This document shows positions 45,634 through 54,018 of a DNA stretch of 64,000 bases, in pieces. The position numbers and the translations under genes are program-made. The DNA lies in contig JAXDQU010000106.1 of assembly GCA_034667685.1 (NCBI GenBank), forward strand, positions 32,001 through 96,000, written 5' to 3'. The notes beneath the pieces were generated by a model, which was not told where the DNA came from, did no database searches, and saw only the letters and a program-made list of their open reading frames with translations. Source of the DNA: Thermoplasmata archaeon. GTDB taxonomy: Archaea; Thermoplasmatota; SW-10-69-26; JACQPN01; JAJPHT01. Positions within the stretch are counted from its first letter, which is position 1. The number at the start of each line of letters is the position of its first letter.

Positions 45634-46515
45634 TCAGAGGCGGCGCGTCAACACGAAGACGAAGATCGCCGTCCAAGCGAGGAAGAACACCCAGCCCGCG
45701 TTTTGGTGGAACACCTCGAGCGCGTGGATGCCCCAGCGCGCGCCGACGAGCGAGATGCTCACGAGACGCAGCACGTTGACGACGTAGACGCCCGCAAGCC
45801 CGACCACGCACCAGACGAGCCCCTTCCAGAAGGGCGGGCGCTCGACGGCGAGCAAGACCCCGACGAGGCCCGCGAAGAGCGCCATCGCCTGGACGCCCGA
45901 GCACGCGACGCCGACCTCCAGGGCGATCGGACCGCGCGGCGTCCCGTAGGTGATCACGCTGCCCTGGAGGCTGGGCGCATGGCCCAAGATCGATAGCACG
46001 CCGGCCAGGGGCAGGAGGAGGGCGTAGTGCGTGAAGGATTCCAAGGGCGTCGTGCCCCAGGCGGTCTTCATCGCGCCTTGGGCGGCCCACACGACGAGCG
46101 GCCCCCAAGCCAGCGGGATGGACCACAGGATCCAGGACGCCACGGGCGCCGCGCCGAGGATGCGACGGTCGCCCAGGCAGGTGGCGAGCGCGGTGCCCAA
46201 CCCGAGCCCGATGATGACGAGCTTGGGCGCGTCGAGCGGAGACGCCTTCCAGACGTCGTACGCGAGAACGCCCAGCGCGATGCCGGCCCCGAGCGCCGCG
46301 ACGAGCGCTTTCGCCGGCAGCCGTTCGAGGCGCGGCATGTTCGCGCGCCAGAGAAGAAGGACCCCGCCGAGGGCCAGGATGCTCCCGACGAGGAAGGATT
46401 CGTGGGGAACGACGCGCGTGACGATGAGGAGCCCCTGGCCGAGCGTCGCAAGCCCGATGACCGCGCGTGCGCGCGAGGCCAGGAGCGTCTTCATCATCCC
46501 TTGGTCATGGCTCAT
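45634..46515 (-). CDS. Archaeosortase/exosortase family protein
   Basis: [10 protein letters not shown] (Cys), VVNVLRL (Arg), VFHQNAGW (His); multi-TM; directly downstream of its likely substrate. Confidence 0.88.
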   Translation of the reverse strand: MSHDQGMMKTLLASRARAVIGLATLGQGLLIVTRVVPHESFLVGSILALGGVLLLWRANMPRLERLPAKALVAALGAGIALGVLAYDVWKASPLDAPKLVIIGLGLGTALATCLGDRRILGAAPVASWILWSIPLAWGPLVVWAAQGAMKTAWGTTPLESFTHYALLLPLAGVLSILGHAPSLQGSVITYGTPRGPIALEVGVACSGVQAMALFAGLVGVLLAVERPPFWKGLVWCVVGLAGVYVVNVLRLVSISLVGARWGIHALEVFHQNAGWVFFLAWTAIFVFVLTRRL

Positions 46516-46537
46516 CGTCGTTCCCCTCCTGCCTAAC

Positions 46538-48421
46538 TCACCCTTGCCGCTTCTTGCGCCAGACGACGACGCCGACCACCGCGATGGCGCCCAGGACGCC
46601 GATCGCGAGCGACGCGACGCTGGGGAAGAACGGCACTTGCGCCGTGGGCGGCGTAGACGTGCAGTTGTGCGTGCACGATCCCGGCGGGCCCTGCGGACCC
46701 GTCGGGCCCCTTTCGCCACGCGGACCCTGCGGCCCAGCGGGCCCGGTCGCGCCCGGCGGCCCGGGGGGACCCGCGGGGCCCGGCGGACCGGCAGGACCGA
46801 CCGCGCCATCTTGGCCGTTCGTGCCGTTCGTTCCGTTGACGCCGTTCTCGCCGGCAGGGCCAGGCGGACCGGCGGGGCCCATCGGACCCTGGGGGCCGGG
46901 CTGGCCGTCCGGGCCCGTGGAACCCTGGGGGCCGGGCGGGCCGGCGGGTCCAGGCGGACCCGCGGGGCCAGCAGGGCCGGCGGGACCGGCGGCGCCATCC
47001 GCGCCGTTCGTGCCGTTCATGCCGGCGGGTCCTGGGGGACCCGGAGGCCCGGCGGGACCGGTCTCACCCGGAGCGCCATTCGTACCGTTCGTGCCGGGCG
47101 GGCCAGCGGGGCCAGCAGGTCCAGCCGGGCCAGCGGGACCAGCAGGGCCGGTGGGTCCAGCAGGGCCGGTTTCACCAGGGGCACCGTTCGTGCCGTTTGT
47201 GCCCGCAGGACCAGCAGGACCAGCAGGACCAGCAGGACCAGCGGGTCCAGCCGGGCCAGCGGGACCAGTTTCACCAGGAGCGCCGTTCGTGCCATTCGTC
47301 CCGTTGGTGCCCGCGGGACCGGGGGGGCCGGCGGGTCCCGCAGGACCGGCCGGGCCTGCCGGGCCCGTGGCGCCGTCAGCTCCGTTCGTGCCGTTCGTGC
47401 CCGCCGGACCGGCCGGTCCCGGCGGACCTGCGGGACCCATGGGGCCCGTGGCGCCGTCGGTACCGTTGGTGCCGTTCGCGCCGGCGGGACCGGCCGGCCC
47501 GGGAGGACCTGCCGGGCCTTCGGGGCCCATCGGGCCCGTCGCGCCGTCCGTGCCGTTGGTCCCGTTGGTGCCTGCGGGGCCAGGCGGACCCATGGGACCC
47601 GCAGGGCCCGCAGGACCGGCCGGCCCGGGCGGGCCCTGCATGCATGAGCACGGGCAGTTGCATCCCTGGGGGAGGCTGACCGTGTTCGTGTCGAGCGTGA
47701 CCGCGCCCGTGCGCGCGAGGAGCCGTCCGTCGACGGTCGCGCCCGTGGTGGCCGTGATGCTGTCCTGGGCCATGACCGTGCCCACCATCGTGGAGGTCGT
47801 TCCCAGCGTGGCGGAGGACCCGACCTGCCAGAACACGTTGCACGCCGTGGCGTTCCCCACGAGCTGGACGACGCTCGCGCTCGCGGTCGTCAAGGCCGAG
47901 CCGACCTGGAAGATGAAGACGGCGTTGGGATCGCCGCCGCCATCGAGCGTGAGCGTGCCCGTGATGCCCAACGACGAGTTCGCCGTGTAGACGCCCGGCG
48001 TGAGCGTCTGGCCGCCGATGTCGCCCGAGACGTAGAAGTCCGTGGGCTGCGCGGCCGCGTCGAGGTACGCGTGCGTGAGGTCGGCTTGAGCTTGCGCGGC
48101 GACCGCGTCGCCGGCGAAGATCTTGCCGTTGACCACGACGCCGGGGCCGGCATCCACGGATTGGAATCCAGTGACGGCGGTGCCCGGACTCACGCCGAGG
48201 TTGCCGCTGACCACCGTGGGTCCCGTGTTCGTGACCGTGGATCCCCCGAGCACGGCGAAGGTGCGCGCGGTCCCGAGGTCCGGGGCCGTGCCGGAGGCTT
48301 GCGCGCCCGGCGAGGCCAGCACGAGAACGACCATGATGGTCGCGACCAACGCGAGGTTGAACGCGGCCCGCGTCCTGGCCGCGCGGTCTCCTGCTTCGCT
48401 TGATGCGTTCCTTGATATCAA
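46538..48421 (-). CDS. Ice-binding-like (DUF3494) domain, collagen-like stalk, C-terminal sorting signal
   Basis: [70 protein letters not shown]; Gly-X-Y run; VPFFPS-TM-RKKR tail. Confidence 0.92.
   Translation of the reverse strand: MISRNASSEAGDRAARTRAAFNLALVATIMVVLVLASPGAQASGTAPDLGTARTFAVLGGSTVTNTGPTVVSGNLGVSPGTAVTGFQSVDAGPGVVVNGKIFAGDAVAAQAQADLTHAYLDAAAQPTDFYVSGDIGGQTLTPGVYTANSSLGITGTLTLDGGGDPNAVFIFQVGSALTTASASVVQLVGNATACNVFWQVGSSATLGTTSTMVGTVMAQDSITATTGATVDGRLLARTGAVTLDTNTVSLPQGCNCPCSCMQGPPGPAGPAGPAGPMGPPGPAGTNGTNGTDGATGPMGPEGPAGPPGPAGPAGANGTNGTDGATGPMGPAGPPGPAGPAGTNGTNGADGATGPAGPAGPAGPAGPPGPAGTNGTNGTNGAPGETGPAGPAGPAGPAGPAGPAGPAGTNGTNGAPGETGPAGPTGPAGPAGPAGPAGPAGPPGTNGTNGAPGETGPAGPPGPPGPAGMNGTNGADGAAGPAGPAGPAGPPGPAGPPGPQGSTGPDGQPGPQGPMGPAGPPGPAGENGVNGTNGTNGQDGAVGPAGPPGPAGPPGPPGATGPAGPQGPRGERGPTGPQGPPGSCTHNCTSTPPTAQVPFFPSVASLAIGVLGAIAVVGVVVWRKKRQG
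46679..47635 (-). repeat. Collagen-like Gly-X-Y coding repeat, about 106 triplets
   Basis: GPA/GPP runs punctuated by GTNGTNG blocks. Confidence 0.9.
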
Positions 48422-48593
48422 ATGTCTCGACGTCCTGGGGCCCGAGGCCCACGGTCGCGCCCTCGTCCAGCGCCGAAGGAGCGTTGTGGGACACGAAACG
48501 CACCGCGATTCTGTCCGGGCCGGACGAAATCAGGGAAGAGCATCCGCAGGCGTCAAGCACAAAGCCTCACGCGGGAACCCTCCCCGGATTCTC

Positions 48594-48836
48594 ATGAAGA
48601 ACGTCGAGGAAGCCCGGCGCGTGTCCGCGAGCGTCGGCGCCAGCATGGGGCCGATCGTGCCGTTGACCGCAGCCGTAAGCGATCTGCGTCTGCACGTCGC
48701 GCGCGTTTGGGAAGGATTCTCCAAGGAAACCGAGGAAGGCGTCCGTCGGCAGGCCCACGTTCACCTCACGCAGCTGGACGCCGCAAGCTCGGATCTCGAA
48801 AGGCTCCTCGCGCTCATGGAGCCCAAGAAGAGGTGA
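48594..48836 (+). CDS. Small helical hypothetical protein
   Basis: 80-aa ORF with amphipathic helices, followed by a hairpin. Confidence 0.4.
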   Translation: MKNVEEARRVSASVGASMGPIVPLTAAVSDLRLHVARVWEGFSKETEEGVRRQAHVHLTQLDAASSDLERLLALMEPKKR

Positions 48837-48850
48837 CCCGGGGCGCCGCC

Positions 48851-48880
48851 GGCGTCGAAGCGCAACGCGCCTTCGACGCC
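48851..48880. terminator. Hairpin between convergent genes
   Basis: GGCGTCGAAG-N10-CTTCGACGCC. Confidence 0.4.
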
Positions 48881-48895
48881 GCGCTTGGGAGCAGC

Positions 48896-49711
48896 TCAGC
48901 CCGAGTCCTTCACCAGGCTCGTGATCTCGCGCGCGGCGACGTCCACCTCGCGCAGGTCCTCGCGCGCGTGGGCCTCGCGGTCGAACACGACCACGAGCGA
49001 GCCCACGTCCGGGACGCGGCGGTAGACGAGCGAGCCGCCCTTGTAGCGGACGACGCCGGTCTCCTGCTCTTCGAGGGCGAGGTTGCCGCCCACCATGTCG
49101 AGGTTGCGCAGGACGCTGCCGGTGACCATGGCGGCGAGCGGGTCGATGTCGCGGCCGCCTTCGGCGCGCTTGCTCACGGCGAGGGGGAGGCCGTCGGTGC
49201 TCGTGAGGAACGTGCCGCGCGCCTCGGGGAGCGACTCGCGCAGCGTGCCCAGGACGTCCTCCATGCTGTGGCGCAGGTTGGGGCGCGAGCGGATGCGCTC
49301 CTCGATCTCCTTGGCGCGGCGCTGGGCGTTGCTCTGGCCGTAGAGGCGTTCGAGCGTGCGGGGGATCTCCTCGCGGAAGTGGGGCGCGTCCTTGTTGACG
49401 TAGCCGATGGCGCCGACCTGGAGGCCGCGGGCGGCGACGTACTCGCTGCCGAAGCCGCTGACGATGACGACGGGCGTGCCGGGGGCCTTCTCGACGAGCT
49501 GGAGGAGGACCTCGAGGCCCGTCATGTCGGGGAGCGCGTAGTCGAGGAGGATGATATCATAGGTGGCGTCGGCGAGCTTCTGGAGCCCCTGCTGGCCGGT
49601 GGTGGCCCAGGTGATCTCGACGCCCGGCTCGTCGCGGAACGCGCGCTTCACGATGTAAGCGTCCGTCTCGGAGTCTTCGATGTGGAGGATGCGCCGGAAC
49701 GAGGACGGCAC
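48896..49711 (-). CDS. Response regulator receiver fused to a Roadblock/LC7 domain
   Basis: ILHIEDS, DIILLDYALPDMTG, PVVIVSG, GAIGYVNK; then LTSTDGLPL...LAAM...roadblock pattern. Confidence 0.85.
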   Translation of the reverse strand: MPSSFRRILHIEDSETDAYIVKRAFRDEPGVEITWATTGQQGLQKLADATYDIILLDYALPDMTGLEVLLQLVEKAPGTPVVIVSGFGSEYVAARGLQVGAIGYVNKDAPHFREEIPRTLERLYGQSNAQRRAKEIEERIRSRPNLRHSMEDVLGTLRESLPEARGTFLTSTDGLPLAVSKRAEGGRDIDPLAAMVTGSVLRNLDMVGGNLALEEQETGVVRYKGGSLVYRRVPDVGSLVVVFDREAHAREDLREVDVAAREITSLVKDSG

Positions 49712-49773
49712 GAGGATCGAACGTTCACGGGCCCCGGAGACAGAGACGGTTTCTGGTACAAGTCCCGAAGGGC

Positions 49774-50082
49774 TCACCCGAAGGCGGGGTCCCGCTCGTC
49801 GCGCGGCTTGGCCGGCGCGGGGCGGCGCTCGCGCAGCCTGGCGACCTCCTTGGCCGGGAGGCCCACGTGGGTCGCGCCCGCGCCGCTCAACGCCACGTAG
49901 GTCTCCTCGCCGAGCCGCTCGGCGACGACGAGCCCCTGCGCGACGAGGCGCTTCGTCTCGCGCTCGACCTGGTCCTGCCGCGTGGCCAGCGCCAGCGCGA
50001 CTTGCCTGGTCGTGATGGGCCAGCGCTCGCCCAGGAGCAGCAGGATGCGCGAGGCCAGCGAGCCGCCCTTGACCTGCGCCAC
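49774..50082 (-). CDS. Small winged-HTH protein
   Basis: RILLLLGERWPITTRQVALAL...VERETKRLVAQGLV. Confidence 0.7.
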   Translation of the reverse strand: MAQVKGGSLASRILLLLGERWPITTRQVALALATRQDQVERETKRLVAQGLVVAERLGEETYVALSGAGATHVGLPAKEVARLRERRPAPAKPRDERDPAFG

Positions 50083-50088
50083 GCGCGC

Positions 50089-51135
50089 TCACCGTCCGGG
50101 CCGCAGCAGGAGCAGGTCGCCCTCGTGGCGGAGCACCTTGACGGTCTCGCCCACGGCGTCGGTCCCCTCGGGGCGCAGCACGGTGACGGTCTGGTAGGTG
50201 ACGGGGTCGAGGAGCTGGAGCTCGGCGCCCAGGTCCGCGACGACGATGGCGTCGAGCGCGTCCTCGGCCTTCAGCACGAGCGCCTTGTCGACGGCGTCGC
50301 GGTCGAGGTGCTTCATGCGCCCGGTGCGCAGGTCGAGCGCCTGGACCGTGCGCGTGCCCACGCTGGTGATCTGCGCGGGCTCCTCCTTGACCACGACGAC
50401 GTCGCCCGTCTTGTACTCGGGCAGGCGCACGGCGAAGGTGAGGCGCACGAGGTCGAGGCCGTCCTTCTGGCCGACCGTCTTGGCATGTTCCGTGATCTTT
50501 CCGCCCCACGTTTGGGCGATCTCGCGTGCGAGCATGCGGCCCGCGTTCGTGGTGCCCATGTAGACGTCGAGGCCGCGGTCGATCTCCTCGTCGCGCAGCA
50601 CGAAAGCGTTGCGGTCGCCGTCGCCCACGACGCGCTCGATGAAGCGCGAGGCGAGCGCCTTGAGCGCGCGCATCTCGGCGCCCACGATGGCGCGCTTGGT
50701 GGCGCGGATCTGCACGATGGCCTCGTAGTAGCCGCCCTGGATGCGGCTGCACCGGACGCACGTGCCGTTCTTGACGCGGCTGCGCGTCTTCAGCTCGGTC
50801 TCGAAGGAGACGCCCTCGGCGGTTCCACGAGCGATCACGCGCACGCTGAAGTTGCGCTCGTCCTCGGGGACGATGTCGATCTGCGTGCGGGGCGCCTCGA
50901 CGACCTTGGCCCACTGGATGCCCTCGCGCACGGCGTCCTCGACGATGGGCTCCATGCGCCCGTGCCCCTCGATCCAGACCTCGCCCTTCTTGCGCGCGTG
51001 GCAGTGGACGCACACCTCGAGGTCGACGTGGTCGCGGACGGACGCCAGCGTGGTCTTGGCGACGTAGCAGGAGGCGCAGACGCCGCCGCGCAGCTCCTCG
51101 AAGGGCTTCTCCTGGCCGCAGACAACGCAGAACAT
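50089..51135 (-). CDS. nmd3: Nmd3 ribosome biogenesis protein
   Basis: FCVVCG, CASC, CVHC, CVRCSR..GGYYEAIVQIR, GLDVYMG, QLLDPVTY. Confidence 0.93.
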   Translation of the reverse strand: MFCVVCGQEKPFEELRGGVCASCYVAKTTLASVRDHVDLEVCVHCHARKKGEVWIEGHGRMEPIVEDAVREGIQWAKVVEAPRTQIDIVPEDERNFSVRVIARGTAEGVSFETELKTRSRVKNGTCVRCSRIQGGYYEAIVQIRATKRAIVGAEMRALKALASRFIERVVGDGDRNAFVLRDEEIDRGLDVYMGTTNAGRMLAREIAQTWGGKITEHAKTVGQKDGLDLVRLTFAVRLPEYKTGDVVVVKEEPAQITSVGTRTVQALDLRTGRMKHLDRDAVDKALVLKAEDALDAIVVADLGAELQLLDPVTYQTVTVLRPEGTDAVGETVKVLRHEGDLLLLRPGR

Positions 51136-51172
51136 TGGGATTACCAACTCTTACTACCTTGGTATCAGATTG

Positions 51173-51484
51173 CTACGCCGTGCACATCTGGGCGTGGGGC
51201 ACGCCGTCGATGTCGAGCACGTTGTCGGGATCCACGTAGCCGTGCTGGATGGCGAGCGTGACGGCGCCGACACCCACGAGGTTCGCGATGGTGCACGAGG
51301 CCAGCCCGCGCAGCACGTCCTGCGCGTCGGCGTGGTCCGTGCCGTAGAAGTGCTCGCTCACGAGGAGGCGCATGTTGCCCTCCCGGAACTCCTTGCCCAC
51401 GAGGGTCGCGTCGCTCACGGCGACGAGGACCTCGCGGCCCTGCCGGTGGATGCGCATCCGGAAGGGGGGCGCCTCGGCCTGCAT
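51173..51484 (-). CDS. DUF424 family protein
   Basis: VLVAVSDATLVGKEFREG...FYG...IANLVG...IDGVPHAQ. Confidence 0.9.
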   Translation of the reverse strand: MQAEAPPFRMRIHRQGREVLVAVSDATLVGKEFREGNMRLLVSEHFYGTDHADAQDVLRGLASCTIANLVGVGAVTLAIQHGYVDPDNVLDIDGVPHAQMCTA

Positions 51485-51506
51485 GGGGGCGCGTAGGCCC
51501 TCCGCC

Positions 51507-51514
51507 TTTTAAAT
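51507..51514 (-). promoter_or_regulatory. Probable TATA box, leaderless transcript
   Basis: ATTTAAAA on the minus strand 23-30 nt before ATG 51484. Confidence 0.5.
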
Positions 51515-51546
51515 GTCGCTTGCGGCCTGGCGGGCGTCCGACAGCT

Positions 51547-53994
51547 TTAGTTCGAGGAGGGCCGAGCGCGTTTCGGCGCGACGTCCTGCGGCTGATTCTC
51601 AGCCTCCCCAAACCGCCGCAGGGCGCTCGTGCCTGTTCTCGCGTTCTCCTCCGCCTCGCGGATCCACGCGCGGCCTTCGTCGTCGTCCAGGCGCGAGAGG
51701 GCGCGGGCCGCCAGTGGGGAAGGGCCGTCTTCCCGCAGGGCGAGCCCTTCGTCGAGGATGCGCGCGCGGAGCGCCTCGGCGCCGGCGAGGTCGAGCGCGT
51801 CGTGGAGCACCTCCTTCCAGGCCTCCTCGAGCATCGGGTGGTCGGGGCGCTCGCGCTCGACGAGGTCCAGGAGTTGCTCCTCGCGCCGCTGGCGCGCGAC
51901 GCGCCGCATGGGACCGTGCTTCTCGACGAGGAAGCTGCGCACGGCGACGTGGCGGAAGCGGCGCGCCAGGAGCGGAGAGCCGGCGAGCGCGCGGCGCAGG
52001 TCCTCCTCGATGGGCAGCGCGAGATGCCTGGCGAGGCTGCGCGCGGTGGGATGCCACGAGCGCGGGCCGAGGATCGCGAAGCCCAGGTCGCCCGCGCGCG
52101 GCGTGCCGCCCAGGCGGTGCGCGAGCGCGCGGGCGAGCGGCTCGTGCGCGCGCCGGCCGGCGACGCCGTGCACCACGAGCGCGCGGCGGCCGTCGTGGTG
52201 AAGGAACGTCTCGGCCGGGACGCCGTCGAGGAAAGCCGGTAGGGAAGCCCGCCAACGCAAGAACGCATTCCAAGCCTCGGCTGTATCGGTACTGACGTAA
52301 CCCGGTGAGCCGAATAGCATCTGGCGCGTGGCGTCGGCCACGAGCGGCGTCATGCCGAGCCCCTCGCCGCTCCACTCCGGGACCGTGGCCTCCTTCCCGC
52401 GCGCGGGCGCCACGTGTAGCGCGCGCCCCACGCGGGCGAGGTACGTCCAGTTGCGCCCGCCGAGGCGGAAGACGTCGCCCTCGTCGAGGAACGCGGCGAA
52501 GTCAGCCTCGATCTCGCCCACGAACCGCTCGCCTTCGAGCACGCGGACCCGCGCGTCGTCGGGGATCGTCCCCGCCTGCACGTGGTACGTCATGCGCGCG
52601 TTGCCGCGGCGCGCGAAGGTGGCGCCCTCGCGCCGCACGTAGGGCTCGCTCGCGAGCGCCCGGTCGTGGGATGCCGCGTCGAGCGCGCGGTAGGGCCACG
52701 CGCGGCGCACGAGCGCGCGCTCGGCCTCGACGTCGCGCGGGCCCGCGAGCGCGGCGCCCACGGCGTCCTGCGCGAGCACGTCGAGCGGCGTGGGCGGGAT
52801 GCGCAGGGGCTCCAGCGCGCGCTGGGCGACGAGCCGCTGGAGCGCGAACGCCTCCGCGAGGTCGGCCGGGTCCTCCACGAGGAGCGTGCCCTCGGGGCGC
52901 TCGCCCACGGCGTGGCGGCTGCGGCCGAGGCGCTGCACCGCGCGGGCGCACGAGCGCGGGCTTCCGAGCAGCACGACGTGGTCCACGGACTTGATATCGA
53001 GGCCGAGCTCCAGGCTGCTGCTCGCGACGACGCAGCGCAGCTCGCCCCGCGCGAGGCGCGCCTCCACGCGTTGCCGCTCCTCGCGGCTCATGCTGCCGTG
53101 GTGCGTCTCGACCTGCCGGGGCTCGTCCTCCTGGCCCAATGCCATCGCGATCTCCTCGGCGCGGGCGCGCGTGTTGGTGAAGACGATGGTGGTCGCGTGC
53201 GCGGCGACGATCGCGCGGAGCTTCGCCAGCAGCGCGTCCCTGGTCTCGCCGTCCCGCGCGCGCACCGGGTCCGGGTGGGCCAGCGCGACGTGCAGGAGCG
53301 GCGCCTGCGCGGCCGGGACGTGGACGATCCGGCAGGGCCGGCCGCCCGTGAGGAACGCGGCCGCCTCCTCCAGCGGGGTGACGGTGGCGGAGAGGCCGAT
53401 GCGCACCGGCGGCGCGGGCGTCATGGCCTCCAGGCGCTCCAGCGAGAGGGCGAGCTGCGCGCCGCGCTTCTTGGGCGCGAGGTCGTGCACCTCGTCCACG
53501 AGGACCCAGCGCACGCCCGCGAGCAGGTCGCGCCAGCGCGGCGAGACCAGCAGCAGCGCGAGCGACTCCGGCGTCGTCACGAGGACGTGGGGCGGCGCGC
53601 GGAGCATGCGGGCGCGCTCGCGGGGCTCGGTGTCGCCGGTGCGGATCGCCACGCGGACCTCCGGCGCGGGGAGGCCGTGCGCGAGGGCGTGGGCGCGGAT
53701 GCCCGCGAGCGGCGCCTCCAGGTTGCGCGCCACGTCGTTGACGAGCGCTTTCAACGGAGAGACGTAGATCGCCTGCGGGCCCGCGGGGAGCGCGTCGCCC
53801 TGGCGTGATAGCTCCGAGAGGAGCCAGAGGAAGCCCGCGAGCGTCTTGCCGCTGCCGGTGGGGCTCGCGATGAGCAGGTGCTCGCCCGCCGCCAGCGCGG
53901 GGATGGCCTGCGCCTGCGCGGGGGTCGGCGTGCCGAACGTCGCGCGGAACCACGAGGCGACCGGCGCGTGCAGCCGCGCGAGCGGGTCCTCCAT
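51547..53994 (-). CDS. lhr: Lhr-like SF2 ATP-dependent helicase
   Basis: SPTGSGKT, YVSPLKAL, RTGDT, TTPESL, DEVH, GLSAT, HHGS, SLELGLD, QRLGRS, GTIP. Confidence 0.92.
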   Translation of the reverse strand: MEDPLARLHAPVASWFRATFGTPTPAQAQAIPALAAGEHLLIASPTGSGKTLAGFLWLLSELSRQGDALPAGPQAIYVSPLKALVNDVARNLEAPLAGIRAHALAHGLPAPEVRVAIRTGDTEPRERARMLRAPPHVLVTTPESLALLLVSPRWRDLLAGVRWVLVDEVHDLAPKKRGAQLALSLERLEAMTPAPPVRIGLSATVTPLEEAAAFLTGGRPCRIVHVPAAQAPLLHVALAHPDPVRARDGETRDALLAKLRAIVAAHATTIVFTNTRARAEEIAMALGQEDEPRQVETHHGSMSREERQRVEARLARGELRCVVASSSLELGLDIKSVDHVVLLGSPRSCARAVQRLGRSRHAVGERPEGTLLVEDPADLAEAFALQRLVAQRALEPLRIPPTPLDVLAQDAVGAALAGPRDVEAERALVRRAWPYRALDAASHDRALASEPYVRREGATFARRGNARMTYHVQAGTIPDDARVRVLEGERFVGEIEADFAAFLDEGDVFRLGGRNWTYLARVGRALHVAPARGKEATVPEWSGEGLGMTPLVADATRQMLFGSPGYVSTDTAEAWNAFLRWRASLPAFLDGVPAETFLHHDGRRALVVHGVAGRRAHEPLARALAHRLGGTPRAGDLGFAILGPRSWHPTARSLARHLALPIEEDLRRALAGSPLLARRFRHVAVRSFLVEKHGPMRRVARQRREEQLLDLVERERPDHPMLEEAWKEVLHDALDLAGAEALRARILDEGLALREDGPSPLAARALSRLDDDEGRAWIREAEENARTGTSALRRFGEAENQPQDVAPKRARPSSN

Positions 53995-54018
53995 GCGCCG
54001 ATCCAGAGCGCTTCCGGG

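Noticed and set aside
46679-47635. Possible CRISPR or non-coding tandem array
   Set aside because: The 9-nt periodicity is explained by Gly-X-Y coding; no repeat-spacer structure and no cas genes
51139-51166. TACCAA/TTGGTA hairpin before nmd3
   Set aside because: Short AT-rich stem; could be regulatory but there is no further support
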